From Spirogloea muscicola (Eukaryota), in NCBI GenBank assembly GCA_009602725.1, contig WELB01000006.1, positions 812,460 through 876,459 on the forward strand: 64,000 nt of DNA, read 5' to 3'. A model generated the notes under the pieces. It searched no databases. It had not been told where the DNA came from and was given only the letters and a program-made list of their open reading frames with translations. Made by a program: the position numbers and the translations under genes. Positions 54,541 to 64,000 of the stretch are shown here, piece after piece; within the stretch, counting starts at the first letter, position 1; each line of letters opens with the position of its first letter.

Positions 54541-55352
54541 NNNNNNNNNNNNNNNNNNNNNNNNNNNNNNNNNNNNNNNNNNNNNNNNNNNNNNNNNNNN
54601 NNNNNNNNNNNNNNNNNNNNNNNNNNNNNNNNNNNNNNNNNNNNNNNNNNNNNNNNNNNNNNNNNNNNNNNNNNNNNNNNNNNNNNNNNNNNNNNNNNNN
54701 NNNNNNNNNNNNNNNNNNNNNNNNNNNNNNNNNNNNNNNNNNNNNNNNNNNNNNNNNNNNNNNNNNNNNNNNNNNNNNNNNNNNNNNNNNNNNNNNNNNN
54801 NNNNNNNNNNNNNNNNNNNNNNNNNNNNNNNNNNNNNNNNNNNNNNNNNNNNNNNNNNNNNNNNNNNNNNNNNNNNNNNNNNNNNNNNNNNNNNNNNNNN
54901 NNNNNNNNNNNNNNNNNNNNNNNNNNNNNNNNNNNNNNNNNNNNNNNNNNNNNNNNNNNNNNNNNNNNNNNNNNNNNNNNNNNNNNNNNNNNNNNNNNNN
55001 NNNNNNNNNNNNNNNNNNNNNNNNNNNNNNNNNNNNNNNNNNNNNNNNNNNNNNNNNNNNNNNNNNNNNNNNNNNNNNNNNNNNNNNNNNNNNNNNNNNN
55101 NNNNNNNNNNNNNNNNNNNNNNNNNNNNNNNNNNNNNNNNNNNNNNNNNNNNNNNNNNNNNNNNNNNNNNNNNNNNNNNNNNNNNNNNNNNNNNNNNNNN
55201 NNNNNNNNNNNNNNNNNNNNNNNNNNNNNNNNNNNNNNNNNNNNNNNNNNNNNNNNNNNNNNNNNNNNNNNNNNNNNNNNNNNNNNNNNNNNNNNNNNNN
55301 NNNNNNNNNNNNNNNNNNNNNNNNNNNNNNNNNNNNNNNNNNNNNNNNNNNN
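54541..55352. other. Assembly gap (N run)
   Basis: Ns seen directly, preceded by a G run. Confidence 0.98.
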
Positions 55353-55479
55353 CGGGCGCGGTGTCTCCCCCACGCGCCCGCGCGGCACTGGCTGGCGGCC
55401 GCGGCGCGCGCGGCGCCGGACCGCTGGCGGCTCCCTCCTTCCAGAAGCCGCAGGCGACATCGCGCTGGACGGGAAACAG

Positions 55480-58140
55480 CTCTCCCAGTGTTAGAGAGAG
55501 TCACTTTCTCAATGTCAGGCAGTGACTGTGAGAGCAAGACACCTCCAGTAGAGGCGAGGGATGTAATTGGCCAGCCCATAACAAAGCTGCAATGTTCGAA
55601 GGGGCTAGAAACAAGCGACTGGAAGTTTATGGGAAAAGCCCGAAGCACTAAGCGCACGGCTGTGAGCAAGTGGCCCTTACAAAAGGGGCAAGGGCTGTCT
55701 GTGTACAGCCAGCCCGAAAAGAATTGACAAGGTCCGACGGGGCCAAAAGCGTTTTCCCAAAGCTTGCCCGGTAGGATGAATCACTTAGTAACGTCTGGTG
55801 AGGAGCCGCAAATCAGAAAGACTAGCAGCCGTAAAAGCAAATCCCCTTGACGTAAGCCAGAGGTTGCAGCTGTCAGAGGCCAGCCCAAAATAGAGATGAA
55901 GGCGCACGCTGCGCATTATTTAAAGGATAACCAAATCAAACCAATACACAGTACAGGCAAAAGCTAGTGCAAATATTGGGGCTACATGAAACGGAGCCCT
56001 ATGCTGTGACGTTAGTACCCAAGGGTGAGCACATACAGATTCGACAGGCTAACTTGGGGGCCGGAGCGCCGCCACGGACAATGGAATGTCCGACCTGCAC
56101 TCAATGACTAGAGGTTACTGTTACGCCTTGCATCTGCGTGCTGGCCGTGCTCTCGCTGCGGCCTCCGGCTTTCGTCAGGGGGATAGTTTTCCGGCAGCTA
56201 GTCTGTCGGATGTGAGGCTCCTCACTCGTAACTACTGAGTGGTCCATCCTCCCCCGTTCTGCCATAGCCTCTTCAGGCTATTCAGGCTCTTCACGCTTTT
56301 CGGGCTGGCTTCTCACAGCCCTTGCCCCCATTGGGAGAGCCACTTCTTCTTCAGGCCCCGCAGTCGCTGCTTAGCTCGTAGTTTGGCCCCTTCGAACCTT
56401 GTCAATTCTTTTCGGGCTGGCTTCTCACAGCCCTTGCCCCCATTTGGAGAGCCACTTCTTCTACTGAGAGCCTACTTGCTGACGTCTTAGCGATTTATAG
56501 ATGTGGCTCTCCCAATGGGGGCAAGGGCTGTGGAAAGCCAGCCCGAAAAGAAGTGACAAAGGTTCGAAGGGGCCAAATGACGGAGGGGCCGTAAACGCTG
56601 TGGCAGAACGGGTGTAGGATGGACAATCCAGAAGCTACGAGTGAGGAGTCTCAAATCCGACAGACTAGCTGCCCTGACGAAAGCGAGAGGCTGCAGCGAG
56701 ACCACGGCCAGCACGCAGAGCAAGGCGTCAGCCATGGACCGCTGGAGGGAGATTGACAGACCCATGCGATAGACTTGGGCCAACGAGCCAGCGGCGTTGA
56801 AGTCAGCCGGCTCCCCTCGCCTGCGGGACACAGCGCGCTGCGTAAGCCTGGCGAGCAGGTCGAGCCACTGGGACCCGAGAGCCCCGTGCACATCCACGGC
56901 CAGGGGTACGTACTCGTCCCCAGCCGGGTGGTCTGCTATTGGTATTTTGCTTCTTGCGCCATTCGGCACTCTTAGACCTTGTCTATTCCTCTGGGCTGGC
57001 CTCTTACAGCTACTGCTGTCAATTTGGAATCGCCCTTCAAAAAAAGAAATGTACAAGGCGGAGGGCCCGGCGAGCGCGTGCGACTCCTAGCACTTCTTCC
57101 ATAGCCTCTTCAGGCCCCGAAGTCGCTGCTTAGCTCGTAGTCTGGCCCCTTCGAACCTTGTCAATTCTTTGCGGGCTGGCTTCTCACAGCCCTTGCCCCC
57201 ATTGGGAGAGCCACTTCTTAGTGGGGACGGTGGCTTTGCAGGCCTTTCGTTCGTTTTTCCGGCCCCTTTCTGAAGTCGTCCATTCTTATTTAGGGGCTGC
57301 CCTTTCACAGCCATCGCCCCCTATCTGGCGAGCGCGCGCTGCACCTGCTGGCAGAGCTGTCGCTGCTGCCTCTGGCTTAGGCCAGGGGACCCGCTTCCAG
57401 GAACCCAGTCTCTCTGACCTGAGGCTGCTTTGCAGGGGTCACTGAGTGCTTCGTAGCTGAGTTTTTTGTTGTGCTTGTTTTGCTTAGTGCTTGCCCTGGC
57501 CCCTTCTCGTCCTTTGTTCATTCTTTTTTTGGGGGTGGCCCCATCCTCAATGGGCGGGCCCTTCTTCTATCTGGGAGAAGAGCTCTCGTCCCTTCCGCAC
57601 GAAAGTACAGACAGAAGAGGGGTGGGCGGCATATATAAGGAAGCGAAAAAGCGCGAGCCACACAACGCAGGTGTATACTACATAGAGAGACCCGCGCGGT
57701 GCGCATGCGATGAAGTGGAGGCCAAGCCGATGCCGTCCTTTGTCCGTGCAAAAGAAAGTGCTCTCCCAAGGAAGGTCGGGGCCAGCCCATAAAGACTTAG
57801 CACTCCGACTCCTTCAGACCTTGTCCATTCTTTTGGGCTGGGCCTCTCCCAGCCACCAGTTAATCTGGCCGCGCTTGCTCTCCATAAAGAATGGACAAGG
57901 TCCGAAGAGCCGAATGGCGCCTAAACAAAGCGAAAGCCAAAGAAGTGCAAAGGACGGGACCTGTAACAACGAATTCCGGCTAAGAGTGCATATAAAAGGA
58001 AGGCGCCAGTGCGCATGAAAATGAAAGGGTGGCAAAAAGGCGAGCCTTACAATGGTCCTGGGAGTACAGGACGAAAGAGAAATATCGTGTATTTGAAACA
58101 ATCAAAGGCCAAAATGGCCAAGTACAAAGGCAAGCACATC
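55480..58140. mobile_element. Dense nested cluster of CRE-like 3' fragments (subfamilies A-E)
   Basis: B (+) 56123-56460 with a duplicated UTR; B (-) 56500-56935 (DEYVPLAVDVHGALG); C (+) 57330-57565; A (+) 57796-57881 with TSD CCATAAAGA; D tails at about 55895-56080 and 58000-58050. Confidence 0.87.
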
Positions 58141-58336
58141 TGATGTTGTAGCTGCTAGCATTTAGCAGCTTCTAGAGCTGCAAGAGGAGTGGGGCAGTAG
58201 CAGGGGCAGGAGGGATGGCAGGGGGGGGAAGGAGGGCCGGAAGTGCCCACGGGGGCCTTTTCTGCGTCCGCTTCTGGAGCTGATAGAGGAGTGAGGCAGC
58301 AGCAGTGGCAGGAGGGATGGCGGGGGTGAGAAGGAG

Positions 58337-58518
58337 AAAGGGGCTCGCCCATTGAGGATAGGGGCTGGAAAAAGCCAGCCCAAAAGGAATGAACAAAGGA
58401 CGAGAAGGGCCGGGCGAAGCACTAAGAAAGACAAGCACAAGAAGAAACTAAGCACCTACGAAGCACTCAGTAACCCCTGCTAGGCAGCCTCAGCTTAGAG
58501 AAACTGGATTTAGAACCT
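58337..58518 (-). mobile_element. Subfamily C 3' end inserted in the 111-bp array
   Basis: LRLPSRGY* plus C UTR. Flanks GGGTGAGAAGGAG (58324-58336) and GGGTGTGAAGGAG (58519-58531). Confidence 0.8.
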
Positions 58519-58627
58519 GGGTGTGAAGGAGGGCCGGAGGAGCAAATTGGGCCTTGTCGACCTGTCCTGCTGGAGCTGCTGGAGGAGTGGGGCAGCAGCA
58601 GTGGCAGGAGGGATGGCAGGGAGGGAA

Positions 58628-58878
58628 AGAAAGGGCTCGCCCATTGAGGATACGGGCTGGAAAAGCCAGCCCAGAAAAGAAGGAACAAAGTATGAGAAGG
58701 GGGCCAAGGGAAGCGCCAAGAAAAACAAGCACAGCAAGAAACAAAGCAGCTACATATTACTCAGTAACCCCTGCTAAGCAGCCTCAGGTCAGAGAAGCTA
58801 GGCTCCTGGAAGTGGGTCCCCTGGCCAGAGCCAGAGGCAGCAGCGAGGGCTCTGCCGCACGCAGGTGCAGCGCGCGGG
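58628..58878 (-). mobile_element. Subfamily C 3' end inserted in the 111-bp array
   Basis: ALHLRAA...LGQGTHFQEPSFSDLRLLSRGY* plus C UTR. Confidence 0.8.
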
Positions 58879-59941
58879 GGGGTCGAAAGCCGATGGCGGC
58901 CTTGTCGACCTGGCCTGCGTCCGCTTCAGGAGCTGCTAGAGGAGTGGAGCAGCAGCAGTGGCAGGAGGGATGGCGGGTGGGGAATTGAGGGGCAAAACTG
59001 CCGATTGGGATCTTGTCGACCTGTCCTGCGTCTGCTTCTGGAGCTGGTGCTCAACGGTCTGCAGGGCAGGGCCAGAGTGGCAAGGGGAAGGGCAGCTCCA
59101 CCGGTGGCAGGTGCCGGCCCCTGCCTCCACCTGCACTGCTGTCGTCTCCTTCCAGCCCGTCGGCGCACCTCTTTGCGAGCAGCCCTCAACCAGGCAAGCG
59201 CCGCAAGAGGGATGGGCAGCTGTCTCCTCGGGACAGCTCTGCAGTGCCAAAAGGTGGCAGCCCGGAGGTCCTAGGGCAGAAGGATTCGCGAGGGCAGGAG
59301 GCCTTGCTTGGATCTGCGCTTGAGTGTGAACAGGGACAGACTGCGCAGTCCGTCTTGGCCATGTCTGCCAATGAGTTTGTCACTTCCGCCTCTGCCTTAG
59401 AAGCCGCTGGTGAGGATGCCACTCGGGCTGCCACGGGCGCCTTGGAAGTGCATACCCTGTCGACTGCCACTGCAGTTGCTGGCTCTCCACATGGCGCAAA
59501 CCTACCAGTAGCCTCTGCAAAGATGTGATGAAGACTATAGAGCGGCGCACTATCTGGTACGCAGCCTGATACCTTAACATGCACGATGAGTGCCTCCAAT
59601 CTGCTTGCTGCATCTGCACTTTGTGTGCTTGGCTGGCCTTGAGCAAGTTTCTTGATGGTGCACAAAAGCCCGCACACTAATTAAGGACAACCGCAAAGCC
59701 ATGATGGCTGTGTTCTACGCTAGTCACCTGTGTCACACGTGACAGCAAGCCTGTCGTGCTATACGACTACGTTCGATAGTAGCAAAGGGAAGTTCAAGTA
59801 CATGTGGATACTGATCAAAGAGGAGAGGGGCAGCAACAGTGGCAAGAGGGACTGGGGGGGGTGGTGGGAGGAGGGCCGGAAGTGCCGATGGGGCCTCTGT
59901 CGACCTGGCCTGCGTTTGCTTCTGGAGCTGCTAGAGGAGAG

Positions 59942-60070
59942 AAGAAGGGCTCGCCCATTGAGAATAGGGGCTGGGAAATGCCAGCCCAAAAAGGAATGAA
60001 CAAAGGACGAGAAGGGGCAAGGGAAAGCACTAAGAAAAACAAGTACAAAAAGAAACTAAGCAGCTACTAA
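59942..60070 (-). mobile_element. Subfamily C UTR-only copy inserted in the 111-bp array
   Basis: C UTR. Flanks GCTGCTAGAGGAGAG (59927-59941) and GCAGCTACAGGAGAG (60071-60085). Confidence 0.78.
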
Positions 60071-60195
60071 GCAGCTACAGGAGAGGGAGGCAGCAGCAGT
60101 GGCAGGAAGGATGGCGGAGGTGGGAAGGAGGGCCGGAAGTGCCGATGGGGGCCTTGGGGACCTGTCCTGTTTTCGCTTCGGGAACTGCTAGAAAA

Positions 60196-60630
60196 ACGCG
60201 GCCAGATTGACTGGTGGCTGGGAGAGGCCAGCCCAAAGGAATGGACAAGGTCTGAAGGAGCCGGAGTGCGAAGTACTAAGACAGCAGCAAAGGGGACTCT
60301 CAGTAACCTCTAGTCAGTAGGTGCAAGTCGGAATAAATAGCAGGCGGACAGACGTCGCCCTGACGGAAGCTGGAGGCCGCCGCCAAAGCGCGGCCTGTGC
60401 GCAAGTGAACCGCAAAGGCAAGGGACCGCTGCAAAGTGATGGCCAAGCGCATCCGGAAGACCTGAGCGAGGGAACCGGCGACATTGAAGCCAGGCTGCTC
60501 GCCCTGCTGCCAGTGGCGGCGGGCCACTGCTCGGCACGCAAGGTGGTGAAGCAGGTCAAGCCATTTGTGCCAAAGGCTCCGTGTACGTCGACGGCGAGTG
60601 GGACACACTCGTCGCCCACGGGGTGATCCG
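60196..60630 (-). mobile_element. Subfamily A 3' fragment inserted in the 111-bp array
   Basis: DHPVGDECVPLAVDVHGAFG / KWLDLL...SDLHLLTRGY* plus A UTR. Flanks CTGCTAGAAAA and CTGCCAGAGAA. Confidence 0.85.
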
Positions 60631-60899
60631 CTGCCAGAGAAGTGGGATGCAGCAGCAGTAGCAGGAGGGATGGCGGAAGCGGCTGCTGATATTAAAAGAG
60701 CGGCTGTGAAAGCCAGCCAGATGCATACAGGTGTTCATGACGGAGCCACAGATGGCGGGGGGGGAGGAAGGCTGTGGCTGCCTAGGAGTGGGGGGAGCCG
60801 TGCCGACGGGGGCCTTGTCGATCCGAAAGCATGGTTGGAGGAGGGCTTTCAATGAGCACCTGCAAATTGGACAGGCTGGTGTGGCTTGATGTAGCTTCA

Positions 60900-62250
60900 T
60901 GGTATGCACTTTCCGGCTCCGAACTTTCGGGCTGGCCTTTCACACCTTTCATTCATTTATGAGCTGGCTTCTTACCACTTCGTTCACAGCTGTCGTCCTA
61001 TTTGGAAGCGCTTCTTTCTTCTGCTGCTGCTTCGGCTGCTAGTCTTTTAAATATGTGGCTCCTCACGAGAGATTATCCTACCGGGAAAGCTTTGGGAAAG
61101 CGCTTTTTGGCCCCTTTGGACCCTTTCCAATTCTATTCGGGCTAACTGTTCACAGCCCTTGCCCATTTGGGGAGAGCCACTTTGTTTTCCGTAAGGGGGA
61201 ATCCGGAGCACCGCCATTGAAGCCGGGCGCCTAAATTAGGGCGCGACTGGCACGAAGGAACTGACTCGGCAAGCAGCACGGTAGGGCCAGGTGGTGAGCT
61301 GCGGTGGGCCCCGCATTGAAGCCTTTCTTGAGAAAGCAGAAGACCGCTCGAAAGAAAAGCGCGCCCATAGAAAAGAGGGGCTGGCCAAGCCAGCCCAAAA
61401 AAGAATGGACAATGTCCAAAGCCAAAGCAAGAGGAGCCGGAGAAAGGACTACACTACAACATACTGCAGAACACAGAAACGATGCAGAGGAAAGCTCAGT
61501 ACCCACGAGTGAGCAACATCAGGTCTGAGTAGCTCGCTGCAGGGAAAGAAGCGAATACATGCGGTGTGCATGAATTGTTAGGGTGGCCAAGCCGATCCAA
61601 CACACTGTTCATGCAGAATGCAAAGGAGGTGCGAAGCCTGGGCTTAAGAGATGCCAAAAACCACGCCGTTCCGGCCCCTCCTCGCTCCTAAAGCCAAGCA
61701 CATGGCGTCGCTGCACGCCACGTACATGATCCGCGTGCAAGCCCTCACTGGGGCTTTGAACTTTCAGGTGTCAACGCAGCTACCTTCCTATTTCTTAGCA
61801 GGGGTTACTGAGGGCTTCGTAGCTGCTTCGTTTCTTTTCTGTGCTTGTTGTTCTTCGTACTTCCCCTGGCCCCTTCTCGTCCTTTGTTCATTCTTTTCTG
61901 GGCTGGCTTTTTCCAGCCCCTATCCTCAATGGGCGAGCCATTCTCTCTATTTCCGCGTTTGGCAGTCAACCTCCGCTTACTGATTACACACTCCTTCGTT
62001 TTGGATACTAATTTCACTCTCACACACTAAGACACTAGCTTAGGGCTTCCTTTCAAGTAGCCCCATTTGGCACTAGCTTTTGCCTGGACAATGTGTTGGC
62101 GTGAAATGGCCACGCTTTCAGGTCGTGCGCACCGCGCGCCTTCTCTCACTCAGCGTAGGGCTCTCTCTTGTTGTTCATGCCTTTGTACTTGGCCACTTGG
62201 AAACTATCGTGTATTTGAAACAAACATAGGCCAAATGGCCACTTGGGCCC
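60900..62250. mobile_element. Cluster of CRE-like 3' ends upstream of mL41
   Basis: Hairpins at about 60929, 61140, 61378 and 61900; C UTR 61793-61950; D tail 61555-61640; E motif 62175-62250. Confidence 0.78.
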
Positions 62251-62412
62251 TCCACTGAATACACACTTCAATCCTTCTCTCCTCGGCTCGAAGCCCCAGC
62301 GCGCGGCAAGGGCCGCCACCGGCACGAGGTTCACGGCGGCGGCCGCGGCGGCGGCGGCGGGGTCGCCGGTTTGGCGCCGCATCGGGCGAGCGCCGGTGGG
62401 GCGCGGGCCGCC

Positions 62413-62990
62413 ATGCTGGGCGTCGTGGCGGGCCTGCTGCGGGGCCGGCGCGTCAGCCCCAAGGGCCTGACGGCTCTCACGTCCAAGCGCGCGGGCAAGG
62501 GGTTCTACAAGGGCAAGCGCTGCCTGCCCACCGGCCGCCACACGCCCCGAGGTGCGTGCGCCATTAGCCCCTCCTTAGTGCCCGCCCGCCAGTGTGCCGC
62601 TGCTGTGCATGGTTGAAGGACCCCAGCCATAACCCCTAACTCTGAACCTTGGTTCGTAACCCCTAAAACGCGAACCTCAGTCTATCAGCTCATGCGGACT
62701 TTGGCTGTGCAGGCGGATACTTGCTGGTGAAGGAGAAGCTGCCGGTGTACCTCGTTCCCGACCTCGCGGGTTTCGAGGTCAGTAAGCCGCTGCCAGCTTG
62801 TGCGCACACCCGCAATTGGCAGTGCTGGCAATGCACGAGTAGTAGTGATGCTGGTTGAGCGGGTCTGCCGAGCAATGATCCCAATGATGATATCCTGGAG
62901 CCTTGTGCATGCTTCGCGCTCTGCCAGCTTAAAGCGTACGTGGCGTATGACGTCTCCAAGAAGACTACATCGCAGACGGCTCCGTCGTGA
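62413..62990 (+). CDS. MRPL41: Mitochondrial ribosomal protein mL41 (MRP-L27 family); 3 exons (about 62413-62551, 62713-62777, 62928-62990)
   Basis: LTSKRAGKGFYKGKRCLPTGRHT.RG|GYLL..EKLPVYLVPDLAGFE|LKAYVA. Exons join in phase. Confidence 0.93.
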
Positions 62991-63873
62991 AGCCGCAGAT
63001 GTCTGGCATTACCACCAGTTGGCGACGCTGCACACCCTTCTTATCGGAGGTCCTGAGAGTGACAGACGCCGGACGAAGAGCTACGGAGGTAGGCAGTCTG
63101 TTGGTGGCCCAGCTTTCTCCACTATAGTCCTACCTAGTCTCTGTCTGGCGCCTTTTGAACTCCTCCTCAAGCACTGCATGTAGGACGGGCAGAGCATGGA
63201 GCAATTCGATGGGAAGTGGATGTGACGTGCTGGACTGCCACCAGTCCAGCTGGGGCGTGAGGATGCTTTCTGCCAACTTAGCTATTCTGAGAATCCATCA
63301 GGTCAATCAGCTGGTCGCGTGGATCCCTGAATAGGTGCCCTGTCAGGGTGGCCTTCATCCAGGTACTCAGCAGGATAACATGCAGAGAGGCCTGCTCTTG
63401 CTGACAAATCTGGCGTATCAGGCCTTGAAGCCCACTGTGATGTACAAACAAATGTAAATTGCAATGCTATATTGGTGCCAGGAACGAGGAGCTATCTTAA
63501 GCAGGGCAGCAACATTATTGCAAGCAGGACATTGGCTACCAATGACTTGTGCATATAGCATACATCAGAGTGCACTAGTTGCATCCTACACGAGTATATA
63601 GTTGATCAGGGGGACTCGAAGGTCATACCACGTTTCAAACAGTTGCTCTTGAGCAAGTGCAGCTTGCAGCTTTGCTCTAGCATGCTGCCCCCCTGAAACA
63701 ACCTGTGATAAGGGTCACCTAGCTTGTCTCCTCTTGGGAGAAGGGAAAATGGTCACAGATAGGAACAGTCATCTGCTGTGGAGGCCGATCTGCGGCCTAA
63801 AAGAATTATCGGCTGCTGCCAGAACTGCAGCAAGTTGCAGCATCTTGATTAGCAGGCTTGCGGGTCTCAAGTC

Positions 63874-64000
63874 CTATGCGAGTTGAGGAGTCCGAGACAA
63901 GTTGTCCCGCCGCAAGAGCTTGAGGAAGGCTGCACGGAGGCGGGGGCTGCTGGAGAAGCAACCGAGCGTGGCCACGGTGGCCGTTCCGCTGGCGACCTTC
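63874..64000 (-). CDS. Possible last exon of a gene entering from the right edge (...LRAAFLKLLRRDNLSRTPQLA*)
   Basis: GC-rich frame open from the edge to TAG at 63874, followed by AT-richer UTR-like sequence. Product unknown. Confidence 0.3.
   Translation of the reverse strand, partial: KVASGTATVATLGCFSSSPRLRAAFLKLLRRDNLSRTPQLA

Larger units (their letters stand above)
58170..60830. repeat. Degenerate ~111-bp tandem array (about 7-8 units) interrupted by four retroelement ends and a unique segment at about 59050-59815
   Basis: Unit ttgtcgacctgtcctgcgtccgcttctggagctgctagaggagtggggcagcagcagtggcaggagggatggcggg...gaaggagggccggaagtgccgatgggggcc. Uninterrupted period 58902 to 59013 is 111 bp. Confidence 0.85.

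Noticed and set aside
59530..59815. Ulp1-like protease remnant (MMAVFYASH...TTTFDSSKG)
   Set aside because: Too short and broken by stops and frameshifts to support without an HMM hit.

Overview
Eukaryotic nuclear DNA, GC-rich, with many GT-AG introns and GC-rich first exons. Gene content is plant-like, so the source is probably a streptophyte green alga (inferred; the species cannot be determined). Nine spliced genes can be reconstructed: an organelle-targeted small heat-shock protein, a bHLH factor with the LQSRGLCL motif, SARAF/TMEM66, an NRAMP transporter, cyclin C, a DM13-DOMON-cytochrome b561 protein, TEX10/Ipi1, an amidase-signature enzyme and mitoribosomal mL41. There are also two possible partial genes at the window edges and one unidentified spliced candidate. 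Most intergenic space is a nested mosaic of 5'-truncated RLE-type (CRE-clade-like) non-LTR retrotransposons from at least five subfamilies (my labels A-E). Subfamilies A, B, C and E end in the same 3' module, CCTTGTCCATTCTTTT-GGGCTGG-(loop)-CAGCC, followed by a short pyrimidine tail rather than poly(A); I count roughly 70-80 copies by hand. Copies make 8-15 bp target-site duplications at unrelated sequences, insert into one another, cluster on the promoter side of genes and were not seen in introns. Also present: a ~111-bp tandem array repeatedly hit by these elements, a possible hAT remnant, microsatellites and three assembly gaps. All calls come from manual reading and motif recognition; no database searches were run.
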